Source of the DNA: Octopus sinensis
Lineage: Eukaryota
Direction: 5' to 3'
DNA: 64,000 nucleotides
Assembly: GCF_006345805.1 (NCBI RefSeq)
Contig: NW_021835996.1
Span: 455,585 to 519,584 of the forward strand
Positions 38,869 to 53,800 of this stretch are shown here, one piece after another. Each line of letters begins with the position of its first letter. Positions within the stretch are counted from its first letter, which is position 1. Below the pieces are notes generated by a model, which saw nothing but the letters and a program-made list of their open reading frames with translations, was not told where the DNA came from and made no database searches. Position numbers and translations under genes: made by a program.

Positions 38869-41800
38869 ATTTATTACATAATCTCAAGTAATTCACTACA
38901 TAATATCAAGTACCTCCATATCCTCACATCTAGAGACCTCTCCATATTGCATAATATATTACGTAATTCATTACATCATCTCAAGTATGTCCATTTAATC
39001 ACATTTAGGGATGTCCTTAAATTGCATAATATATTAGGTATTTTATTTTATAATCTCAAGTACCTTTAATCTAGCGAACTCCCAAATTGAATAATATATT
39101 ACGTAATTTACTACATAATCTCAAGTACCTCCATATGGTTACATCTAGCGACCTCCAAAATTGAATAATATATTACGTAATTCATTACCTAATCTCAAGT
39201 ACCTCCATATGCTTACATCTAGCGACCTCCCCAAATTGCATAATATATTACGTAATTTATTACATAATCTCAAGTACCCTCATATGCTGACATCTAGATA
39301 CCTCTCCATATTGCATAATATATTACGTAATTCACTACATCATCTCAAGTATGTCCATATAATCACATCTAGGGATGTCCCAAAATTGCATAATATATTA
39401 TGTAATTTATTACATAATCTCAAGTTCCCCCATATCCTTACATCTAGAGACCTCTCAATAATGCATAATATATTACGTAATTCATTACATCATCTCAACT
39501 ATGTCCATTTAATCACATTTAGGGATGTCCTTAAATTGCATAATATATTAGGTCAGAGGTTTCCAAGCTTTTTTTTACGCGCCTCCCTTAGAGAAAAAGT
39601 ACAATCTTGCGCCTCCCTTTATATTCCATAATATAATACAATTATTATTTATCAAAAACAATTTTTATCAAAAACAATTTTTTAAAACAAAAAGTTAATG
39701 AGATAATTTTTTTTCCATCTTGGCGCAAAGTTTTTCAAATCTTGGTGTCATCGCAGAGAGTGCTACTCTTAGCTCATTAGTCACTACTAAACGAGTTCGA
39801 TATTTAGATTTAATTGCAGCTAGTGCAGAAAATCCAGTTTCGCATAAATATGAAGTAGCAAATGGCAACAAAACTTTCATTGCTTTATTCGACAAAATTT
39901 CATATACCGTTCTTACATTCAACCAAAAAGAAATTAGCGGTTCTCTCTCAAATTTTTGTTTCATAATGTATCGCATGACAATTCTATCAATTTTTCTTTT
40001 CAAAAGTTGTCAATGCAAATTGATTATCTTCTTCATCAATAAATGGATTCTGTATCCATTCGAACATTTTACAGTCGAGATCTTTAAAATAGTGAGCAAA
40101 ATGCTTCAACAAACAATCCAAATGTTCAGCAAATATGTCTTTGTTGCTTCAATGTTCACTATGGCGCAAAAGGTGTTTAAAAGTGGAAACATGTCATAGA
40201 TATTTTTTTGTATATTTGATTTCCATAATACCAATTTTTCATAAATGCTTTTATTTTGTCCTTTTGAGAGAATAATGTAGTGTGTGGTCCCTGCATTGAT
40301 TTATTCAATATACTCAAAAAATTCAATAAATAGGCAAATTTGACAATAAGTCATCAATCCCTGAACAACTTTGCATCTTCAAATATCATTTTCATCTGCT
40401 GCAAGTGTTTTGAGGCAAAGCAAACAGAGGGGTTTTTCCATAGAATCAACAAATATACGTGTGAATCCTAACAATAAGTAAGATGGAAAGTATTTTCTTG
40501 TCTTTGGAGTGGTATTGATTATATTCCAATCATTTTGATTCTTTGAACCATCGTCAAAATCTTTATTATTCGTGAATTTTCTTTTGCAACCACTCAAGAA
40601 TTTATTCATGTGTTAAAATTATTTATTGTCTAATAAATTAAATAAATTTTTGAAAAAATATAATTTTTTAAATTAATAACTCTTATTATCGGAATATAGT
40701 CACGTTTTTTACATAGATATAATTTTCTAAAAAATGTTTCTGAATACTTTTCGCGCCTCCCTTGACACGAGTCAACGCCTCCCTAGGGAGGCGCGCCTCC
40801 CCATTTGGAAACCTCTGTATTAGGTATTTCATTTTATAATCTCAAGTACCTTTAATCTAGCGACCTCCCAAATTGAATAATATATTACGTAATTCATTAC
40901 ATAATCTCAAGTACCTCCATATGGTTACATCTAGCGACCTCCCCAAATTGCATAATATATTACGTAATTTATTACATAATCTCAAGTACCCCCATATGCT
41001 CACATCTAGATACCTCTCCATATGCATAATATATTACGTAATTCATTACATCATCTCAAGTATGTCCATATAATCACATCTAGGGATGTCCCAAAATTGC
41101 ATAATATATTAGGTAATTCATTATATAATCTCAAGTACCTTTATATACTCACATCTAGCGACCTACCAAATTGAATAATATATTACGTAATTCATTACAT
41201 AATCTCAAGTACCTCCATAAACTCACATCACGGGATGTCTTAATTTGCATAATATTTACGAAATTCATGACATAATCTCAAGTACCCTCAATATTCTACT
41301 CATTCATTACATAATCTCAAGTACCCCATATTAAAATCTAGGGACCTTCCATATTGCATAATATCTTACGTAATTCATTACATAATATAAATTGCATAAT
41401 ATTTTACGCAATTTATTACATAATCTCAAGTACCCCGATATTCTCACATCTAAGACGTCTCCACAATGCATAATATATCACGTAATTCATTACATCATCT
41501 CAGGTACTCTCCATTATCACATCTGGGGATTTCCCTAAAATGAATAATATATTACGTAATTTATTACATAATCTCAAGTACCCCTATATCCTAACATCTA
41601 GCGACCTACCCAAATTGAATAATATATTACGTAATTCATTACATAATCTCAAGTACCTCCATAAACTCACTTCACGGGATGTCTTAATTTGCATAATATA
41701 TTACGAAATTCATGACATAATCTCAAGTACCCCAATATTCTACTCATTCATTACATAATCCTAATATGCTAAAATCTAGGGACCTTCTCATATTGCATAA

Positions 41801-44800
41801 TATCTTACGTAATTCATTACATAATCTAAATTGCATAACATTTTACGTAATTTATTACATAATCTCAAGTACCTTCATTTCCTCACATATATGGACCTCA
41901 TCAAATTGCATATTATATTAGGTAATTCATTACATAATCTCATGTAACTCCATATGCTTACATCTAGCGACCTCCCCAAATTGCATAATATATTACGTAA
42001 TTTATTACATAATCTCAAATAGCCCCATATGCTCACATCTAGATACCTCTCCATATGCATAATATATTACGTAATTCATTACATCATCTCAAGTATGTCC
42101 ATATAATCACATCTAGGGTTGTCCCAAAATTGCATAATATATTATGTAATTTATTACATAATCTCAAGTACCCCCATATCCTTACATCTAGAGACCTTTC
42201 AATAATGCATAATATATTACGTAATTCATTACATCATCTCAACTATGTCCATTTAATCACATTTAGGGATGTCCTTAAATTGCATAATATATTAGGTATT
42301 TCATTTTATAATCTCAAGTACCTTTAATCTAGCGACCTCCCAAATTGAATAATATATAACGTAATTTATTACATAATCTCAAGTACCTCCATATGGTTAC
42401 ATCTAGCGACCTCCCCAAATTGCATAATATATTACCTAATTTATTACATAATCTCAAGTACCCCCATATGCTCACATCTAGATACCTCTCCATATTGCAT
42501 AATATATTACGTAATTCATTACATCATCTCAAGTATGTCCATATAATCACTTCTAGCGACCTCCCCAAATTGCATAATATATTACCTAATTTATTACATA
42601 ATCTCAAGTACCCCCATATCCTCACATCTAGAGACCTCTCCATATTGCATAATATATTACGTAATTTATAACATAATCTCAAGTATGTACATATAATCAC
42701 ATATAAGGATGTCCCTAAATTGCATAATATATTACGTAATTCATTATATAATCTCAAGTACCTTTAAATACTCACATCTAGCGACCTCCCCAAATTGAAT
42801 AATATATTACGTAATTCATTACATAATCTCAAGTACCTCCATAAACTCACATCACGGGATGTCTTAATTTGCATAATATATTACGAAATTCATGACATAA
42901 TCTCAAGTACCCCAATATGCTAAAATCTAAGGACATTCTCATATTGCATAATATCTTACGTAATTCATTACATAATATAAATTGCATAACATTTTACGTA
43001 ATTTATTACATAATCTCAAGTACCTTTATTTCCTCCCATATATGGACCTCCCCAAATTGCATAATATATTACGTAATTTATTACATAATCTCAAATAGCT
43101 CCATATGCTCACATCTAGATACCTCTCCATATTGCATAATATATTACGTAATTCATTACATAATCTCAAGTACCTCCATATGCTTACATCTAGCGACCTC
43201 CCCAAATTGCATAATATATTACGTAATTTATTACATAATCTCAAGTATGTCCATATAATCACATCTAGGGATGTCCCAAAATTGCATAATATATTATGTA
43301 ATTTATTACATAATCTCAAGTACCCCCATATCCTTACATCTAGAGACCTCTCAATAATGCATAATATATTACGTAATTCATTACATCATCTCAAGTACCT
43401 CCATAAATTCACATCACGGGATGTCTTAATTTGCATAATATATTACGAAATTCATGACATAATCTCAAGTACCTCAATATTCTACCATAATCATTACATA
43501 ATCTAAAGTACCCCAATATGCTAAAATCTAGGACCTTCCATATTGCAGAATATCTTACGTAATCATGACATTCATAATTATCTAATTGCATAATATATTA
43601 TGTAATTTATTACATAATCTCAAGTACCCCCATATCCTTACATCTAGAGACCTCTCCATAATGCATAATATATTACGTAATTCATTACATCATCTCAAGT
43701 ATGTCCATATAATCACATCTAGGGATGTCCCAAAATTGCATAATATATTAGGTAATTCATTATATAATCTCAAGTACCTTTATATACTCACATCTAGCGA
43801 CCTACCCAAATTGAATAATATATTTCGTAATTCATTACATAATCTCAAGTACCTCCATAAACTCACATCACGGGATGTCTTAATTTGCATAATATATTAC
43901 GAAATTCATGACATAATCTCAAGTACCTCAATATTCTACTCATTCATTACATAATCTCAAGTACCCCAATATGCTAAATCTAAGGACATTCTCATATTGC
44001 ATAATATCTTACGTAATTCATTATAAATAATAAATGCATAACATTTTACGTAATTTATTACATAATCTCAAGTACCTTATTTCCTCCCATATATGGACCT
44101 CCCCAAATTGCATAATATATTACGTAATTTATTACATAATCTCAAATAGCTCCATATGCTCACATCTAGATAACCTCTCCATATTGCATAATATATTACG
44201 TAATTCATTACATAATCTCAAGTACCTCCATATGCTTACATCTAGCGACCTCCCCAAATTGCATAATATTACGTAATTTATTACATAATCTCAAGTACCC
44301 CCATATGCTCACATCTAGATACCTCTCCATATTGCATAATATATTACGTAATTCATTACATCATCTCAAGTACCTCCATAAACTCACTTCTCGGGATGTC
44401 TTAATTTGCATAATATATTACGAATTCATGACATAATCTCAAGTACCCCAATATTCTACTCATCTATTACATAATCCTAATATGCTAAAATCTAGGGACC
44501 TTCTCATATTGCATAATATCTTACGTAATTCATTACATAATCTAAATTGCATAACATTTTACGTAATTTATTACATAATCTCAAGTACCTTCATTTCCTC
44601 ACATATATGGACCTCATCAAATTGCCATATTATATTAGGTAATTCATTACATAATCTCATGTAACTCCATATGCTTACATCTAGCGACCTCCCCAAATTG
44701 CATAATATATTACGTAATTTATTACATAATCTCAAATAGCCCCATATGCTCACATCTAGATACTCTCCATATTGCATAATATATACGTAATTCATTACAT

Positions 44801-47800
44801 CATCTCAAGTATGTCCATATAATCACATCTAGGGTTGTCCCAAAATTGCATAATATATTATGTAATTTATTACATAATCTCAAGTACCCCCATATCCTTA
44901 CATCTAGAGACCTTTCAATAATGCATAATATATTACGTAATTCATTACATCATCTCAACTATGTCCATTTAATCACATTTGGGATGTCCTTAATTGCATA
45001 ATATATTAGGTATTTCATTTATAATCTCAAGTACTTTATCTTGCGACCTCCCAATTGAATAATATATTACGTAATTAATTATTATAATCTCAAATAGCCC
45101 CATATGCTCACATCTAGATACCTCTCCATATTGCATAATATATTACGTAATTCATTACATCATCTCAAGTATGTCCATAAATCACATCTAGGATTGTCCC
45201 AAAATTGCATAATATATTATGTAATTTATTACATAATCTCAAGTACCCCCATATCCTTACATCTAGAGACCTTTCAATAATGCATAATATATTACGTAAT
45301 TCATTACATCATCTCAACTATGTCCATTTAATCACATTTAGGGATGTCCTTAAAATTGCATAATATTTAGGTATTTCATTTATAATCTCAAGTACCTTAA
45401 TCTACGATCTCCTCCCAATTGAATAATATATACGTAATTTATTACATAATCTCAAGTACCTCTCCATATGGTTTACATCTAGCGACCTCCCCAAATGCAA
45501 TAATATATTTACCTAATTTATTACATAATCTCAAGTACCCCCATATGCTCAATCTAGATACCTGCTACTCTCCATATTGCATAATATATTACGTAATTAA
45601 TTATAACATCATCTCAAGTATGTCCATATAATCACTTCTAGCGACCTCCCAAATTGCATAATATATACCTAATTATTACATAATCTCAAGTACCCCCATA
45701 TCCTCACATCTAGAGACTCTCCATATTGCATAATATATTACGTAATTTATAACATAATCTCAAGTATGTACATATAATCACACTATAAGGATGTCCCTTA
45801 ATTGCATAATATATTACGTAATTCATTATATAATCTCAAGTACCTTTAAATACTCACATCTAGCGACCGCTCCCCAAATTGAATAATATATTACGTAATT
45901 CATTACATAATCTCAAGTACCTTCGATAACTCACATCACGGATGTCTTAATTTGCATAATATATTACGAAATTCATGACATAATCTCAGTACCCCAATAT
46001 GCTAATCTAAGGACATTCTCATATTGCATAATATCTTACGTACTTCATTACATAATTAAATTGCATAACATTTTACGTAATTTATTACATAATCTCAAGT
46101 ACCTTTATTTCCCCTCACCTATATGGACCTCCCCAAATTGCATAATATATTACGTAATTTATTACATAATCTCAAATAGCTCCATATGCTCACATCTAGA
46201 TACCTCTCCATATGCATAATATATTACGTAATTCATTACATAATCTCAAGTACCTCCATATGCTTACATCTAGCGACCTCCCCAAATTGCAATAATATAT
46301 TACGTAATTTATTACATAATCTCAAGTATGTCCATAAATCACATCTAGGATGTCCCAAAATTGCATAATATTTAGTAATTTTATTACATAATCTCAAGTA
46401 CCACCCCATATCCTTACATCTAGAGACCTCTTCAATATGCATAATATATTACGTAATTCATTTACATCATCTCAAGTACCTCCATAAATTCACATCACGG
46501 GGCTGTCTTAATTTGCATAATATATTACGAATTCATGACCATAATCTCAAGTACCCAATATTCTAACTCATTGCCCATTACATAATCTCAAGTACCCCGA
46601 TATTCTCAGATTCTAGAGACGTCTCCACAATGCATAATATATCACGTAATTCATTACATAATCTCAAGTATGTCCATATATCACATCTAGGGAGTCCCAA
46701 TTGCATATATATTAGGTATATTCATTATATATCTCAAGTACCTTTATAACTCACATCTAGCGACCTACCCAAATTGAATAATATATTCGTAATTCATTTA
46801 CATAATCTCAAAGTACCTCCATAAACTCACATCAGGGATGTCTAATTTGCATAATATTTACGAAATTCATGACATAAATCTCAAGTACCTCAATATTCTA
46901 CTCATTCCTTACATAATCTCAAGTACCCCAATATGCTAAAATCTAAGGACATTCTCATATGGCATAATTATCTTACGTAATTCATACATAATATAAATTG
47001 CATACATTTACGACGTAATTTATACATATATCTCATACCTTTATTTCCTCCCATATATGGACTCTCCCCAAATTGCATAATATATTACGTAATTTATTAC
47101 ATAATCTCAAATAGCTCCATATGCTCACATCTAGATACCTCTCCATATTGCATAATATATTACGTAATTCATTACATAATCTCAAGTACTCTCCATATGG
47201 CTTACATCTAGCGACCTCCCAAAATTGCATAATATATTACGTAATTTATTACATAATCTCAAGTACCCCCATATGCTCAATCTAGATACCTCTCCATATT
47301 GCATAATATATTACGTAATTCATTACATCATCTCAAGTACCTCCATAAACTCACTTCACGGGATGTCTTAATTTGCATAATATATTACGAAATTCATGAC
47401 ATAATCTCAAGTACCCCAATATTCTACTCATTCATTACATAATCCTAATATGCTAAAATCTAGGGACCTTCTCATATTGCATAATATCTTACGTAATTCA
47501 TTACATAATCTAAATTGCATAACATTTTACGTAATTTATTACATAATCTCAAGTACCTTCATTTCCTCACATATATGGACCTCATCAAATTGCATATTAT
47601 ATTAGGTAATTCATCATAATCTCATGTAACTCCATATGCTTACCCTAGCGACCTCCCCAAATTGCATAATATTTACGTAATTTATTACATAATCTCAATA
47701 GCCCCATATGCTCACATCTAGATACCTCTCCATATGCATAATATATTACGTAATTCATTACATCATCTCAAGTATGTCCATATAATCACATCTAGGGTTG

Positions 47801-50800
47801 TCCCAAAATTGCATAATATATTATGTAATTTATTACATAATCTCAAGTACCCCATATCCTTACATCTAGAGACCTTTCAATAATGCATAATATATTACGT
47901 AATTCATTACAACATCATCTCAACTATGTCCATTTAATCACATTTAGGGATGTCCTTAAATTGCATAATATATTAGGTATTTCATTTTATAATCTCAAGT
48001 ACCTTTAATCTTGCGACCTCCCAAATTGAATAATATATAACGTAATTTATTACATAATCTCAGTACCTCCATAGGTTACATCTAGCGACCTCCCCAAATT
48101 GCATAATATATTACCTAATTTATTACATAATCTCAAGTACCCCATATGCTCACATCTAGATACCTCTCCATTTGCATAATATATTACGTAATTCATTACA
48201 TCATCTCAAGTATGTCCATATAATCACTTCTAGCGACCTCCCCAAATTGCATAATATATTACCTAATTTATTACATAATCTCAAGTACCCCCATATCCTC
48301 ACATCTAGAGACCTCTCCATATTGCATAATATATTACGTAATTTATAACATAATCTCAAGTATGTACATATAATCACATATAAGGATGTCCCTAAATTGC
48401 ATAATATATTACGTAATTCATTATATAATCTCAAGTACCTTTAAATACTCACATCTAGCGACCTCCCCAAATTGAATAATATATTACGTAATTCATTACA
48501 TAATCTCAAGTACCTCCATAAACTCACATCACGGGATGTCTTAATTTCCATAATATATTACGAAATTCATGACATATGCTCAAGTACCCCAATATGCTAA
48601 AATCTAAGGAAATTCTCATATTGCATAATATCTTACGTAATTCATTACATAATATAAATTGCATAACATTTTACGTAATTTATTACATAATCTCAAGTAC
48701 CTTTATTTCCTCCCATATATGGACCTCCCCAAATTGCATAATATATTACGTAATTTATTACATAATCTCAAATGGCTCCATATGCTCACATATAGATACC
48801 TCTCCATATTGCATAATATCTTACGTAATTCATTACATAATATAAATTGCATAACATTTTACGTAATTTATTACATATCTCAAGTACCTTATTTCCTCCC
48901 ATATTATGACCTCCCCAAATTGCATAATATATTACGTAATTTATTACATAATCTCAAATAGCTCCATATGCTCACATCTAGATACCTCTCCATATTGCAT
49001 AATATATTACGTAATTCATTACATAATCTCAAGTACCTCCATATGCTTACATCTAGCGACCTCCCCAAATTGCATAATATATTACGTAATTTATTACATA
49101 ATCTCAAGTACCCCCATATGCTCACATCTAGATACCTCTCCATATTGCATAATATATTACGTAATTCATTACATCATCTCAAGTACCTCCATAAACTCAC
49201 TTCACGGGATGTCTTAATTGCATAATATATTACGAAATTGACTAATCTCAAGTACCCCAATATTCTACTCATTCATTACATAATCCTAATATGCTAAATC
49301 TAGGGACCTTCTCATATTGCATAATATCTTACGTATTCATTACATCTAATTGCATAACATTTTACGTAATTTATTACATAATCTCAAGTACCTTCATTTC
49401 CTCACATATATGGACCTCATCAAATTGCATATTATATTAGGTAATTCATTACATAATCTCATGTAACTCCATATGCTTACATCTAGCGACCTCCCCAAAT
49501 TGCATAATATATTACGTAATTTATTACATAATCTCAAATAGCTCCATATGCTCACATCTAGATACCTCTCCATATTGCATAATATATTACGTAATTCATT
49601 ACATAATCTCAAGTACCTCCATATGCTTACATCTAGCGACCTCCCCAAATTGCATAATATATTACGTAATTTATTACATAATCTCAAGTACCCCCATATG
49701 CTCACATATAGATACCTCTCCATATTGCATAATATATTACGTAATTCATTACATCATCTCAAGTACCTCATAAACTCACTTCACGGGATGTCTTAATTTG
49801 CATAATATATTACGAAATTCATGACATAATCTCAAGTACCCCAGTATTCTACTCATTCATTACATAATCCTAATATGCTAAATCTAGGGACCTTCTCATA
49901 TTGCATAATATCTTACGTAATTCATTACATAATCTAAATTGCATAACATTTACGTAATTTATTACATAATCTCAAGTACTTTCATTTCCTCACATATATG
50001 GACCTCATCAAATGGCATATTATATTAGGTAATTCATTACATAATCTCATGTAACTCCATATGCTTACATCTAGCGACCTCCCCAAATTGCATAATATAT
50101 TACGTAATTTATTACATAATCTCAAATAGCCCCATATGCTCACATCTAGATACCTCTCCATATTGCATAATATATAACGTAATTCATTACATCATCTCAA
50201 GTATGTCCATATAATCACATCTAGGGATGTCCCAAAATTGCATAATATATTATGTAATTTATTACATAATCTCAAGTACCCCCATATCCTTACATCTAGA
50301 GACCTCTCAATAATGCATAATATATTACGTAATTCATTACATCATCTCAACTATGTCCATTTAATTACATTTAGGGATGTCCTTAAATTGCATAATATAT
50401 TACGTAATTCATTACATCATCTCAAGTATGTCCATATAATCACATCTAGGGATGTCCCAAAATTGCATAATATATTAGGTAATTCATTATATAATCTCAA
50501 TACCCCTATATACTCACATCTAGCGACCTACCCAATTGAATAATATATTACGTATTCATTACATAATCTCAAGTACCTCCATAAATTCACATCACGGGAT
50601 GTCTTAATTTGCATAATATATTACGAAATTCATGACATAATCTCAAGTACCTCAATATTCTATCTACTCATTCATTACATAATCTCAGTACCCCAATATG
50701 CTAAAATCTAGGGACCTTCCATATTGCAGAATATCTTACGTAATTCATGACATTACATAATCTAATTGCATAATATTTTACGCAATTTATTACATAATCT

Positions 50801-53800
50801 CAAGTACCCCGATATTCTCAGATCTAGAGACGTCTCCACAATGCATAATATATCACGTAATTCATTACATCATCTCAAGTATGTCCATATAATCACATAT
50901 AGGGATGTCCCAAATTGCATAATATATTAGGTAATTCATTATATAATCTCAAGTACCTTTATATACTCACATCTAGCGACCTACCCAAATTGAATAATAT
51001 ATTTCGTAATTCATTACATAATATCAAGTACCTCCATAAACTCACATCACGGGATGTCTTAATTTGCATAATATATTACGAAATTCATGACATAATCTCA
51101 AGTACCTCAATATTCTACTCATTCATTACATAATCTCAAGTACCCCCAATATGCTAAAATCTAAGGACATTCTCATATTGCATAATATCTTACGTAATTC
51201 ATTACATAATATAAATTGCATAACATTTTAACGTAATTTATTACATAATCTCAAGTACCTTTATTTCCTCCCATATATGGACCTCCCCAAATTGCATAAT
51301 ATATACGTAATTTATTACATAATCTCAAATAGCTCCATATGCTCACATCTAGATACCTCTCCATATTGCATAATATATTACGTAATTCATTACATAATCT
51401 CAAGTACCTCCATATGCTTACATCTAGCGACCTCCCAAAATTGCATAATATATTAGGTAATTCATTATATAATCTCAAGTACCTTTATATACTCACATCT
51501 AGCGACCTACCCAAATTGAATAATATATTTCGTAATTCATTACATAATCTCAAGTACCTCCATAAACTCACATCACGGGATGTCTTAATTTGCATAATAT
51601 ATTACGAAATTCATGACATAATCTCAAGTACCTCAATATTCTACTCATTCATTACATAATCTCAAGTACCCCAATATGCTAAAATCTAAGGACATTCTCA
51701 TATTGCATAATATCTTACGTAATTCATTACATAATATAAATTGCATAACATTTTACGTAATTTATTACATAATCTCAAGTACCTTTATTTCCTCCCATAT
51801 ATGGACCTCCCCAAATTGCATAATATATTACGTAATTTATTACATAATCTCAATAGCTCCATATGCTCACATCTAGATACCTCTCCAAATTGCATAATAT
51901 ATTACGTAATTTATTACATAATCTCAAGTACCCCATATCTTCATATCAAGGACCTCCCCAAATTGCATAATATATTACGCAATTTCATACATAATCTCAA
52001 GTACCCCATATCCTCAAATCTAGAAACCTCCCCAAATTGCATAATGTATCACGCAATTTATTACATAATCTCAAGTACCCCCATAAACTCACTTCACGGA
52101 TGTCTTAATTTGCATAATATATTACGAATTCATGACATAATCTCAAGTACCCCCCAATATTCTACTCATTCATTACATAATCCTAATATGCTAAAATCTA
52201 GGGACCTTCTCATATTGCATAATATCTTACGTAATTCATTACATAATCTAAATTGCATAACATTTTACGTAATTTATTACATAATCTCAAGTACCTTCAT
52301 TTCCTCACATATATGGACCTCATCAAATTGCATATTATATTAGTAATTCATTACATAATCTCATGTAACTCCATATGCTTACATCTAGCGACCTCCCCCA
52401 ATTGCATAATATATTACGTAATTTATTACATATCTCAAATAGCCCCATATGCTCACATCTAGATACCTCTCCATATGCATAATATATTACGTAATTCATT
52501 ACACATCTCAAGTATGTCCATATAATCACATCTAGGTTGTCCCAAAATTGCATAATATATTATGTAATTTATTACATAATCTCAAGTACCCCCATATCCT
52601 TACACATAGAGACCTTTCATAATGCATAATATATTACGTAATTCATTACATCATCTCAACTATGTCCATTTAATCACATTTAGGGATGTCCTTAAATTGC
52701 ATAATATATTAGGTATTTCATTTTATAATCTCAAGTACCTTTAATCTTGCGACCTCCCAAATTGAATAATATATAACGTAATTTATTACATAATCTCAAG
52801 TACCTCCATATGGTTACATCTAGCGACCTCCCCAAATTGCATAATATATTACCTAATTTATTACATAATCTCAAGTACCCCCATATGCTCACATCTAGAT
52901 ACCTCTCCATATTGCATAATATATTACGTAATTCATTACATCATCTCAAGTATGTCCATATAATCACTTCTAGCGACCTCCCCAAATTGCATAATATATT
53001 ACCTAATTTATTACATAATCTCAAGTACCCCCATATCCTCACATCTAGAGACCTCTCCATATTGCATAATATATTACGTAATTTATAACATAATCTCAAG
53101 TAGTACATATAATCACATATAAGGATGTCCCTAAATTGCATAATATATTACGTAATTCATTATATAATCTCAAGTACCTTAAATACTCACATCTAGCGAC
53201 CTCCCAAATTGAATAATATTTACGTAATTCATTACATAATCTCAAGTACCTCCATAAACTCACATCACGGGATGTCTTAATTTCCATAATATATTACGAA
53301 TTCATGACATATGCTCAAGTACCCCAATATGCTAAAATCTAAGGAAATTCTCATATTGCATAATATCTTACGTAATTCATTACATAATATAAATTGCCTA
53401 ACATTTTACGTAATTTATTACATAATCTCAAGTACCTTATTTCCTCCCATATATGGACCTCCCCAAATTGCATTAATATTACGTAATTTATTACAAATCT
53501 CAAATGGCTCCATATGCTCACATATAGATACCTCTCCATATTGCATAATATCTTACGTAATTCATTACATAATATAAATTGCATAACATTTTACGTAATT
53601 TATTACATAATCTCAAGTACCTTTATTTCCTCCCATATATGGACCTCCCCAAATTGCATAATATATTACGTAATTTATTACATAATCTCAAATAGCTCCA
53701 TATGCTCACATCTAGATACCTCTCCATATTGCATAATATATTACGTAATTCATTACATAATCTCAAGTACCTCCATATGCTTACATCTAGCGACCTCCCC

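Noticed and set aside
43950-47300. Dense 1-3 bp indels suggesting locally accelerated divergence (also ~51.8-52.6, 56.6-56.8 and 62-63.5 kb)
   Set aside because: Homopolymer-type indels in patches look like unpolished long-read error. The same may apply to some TE frameshifts.
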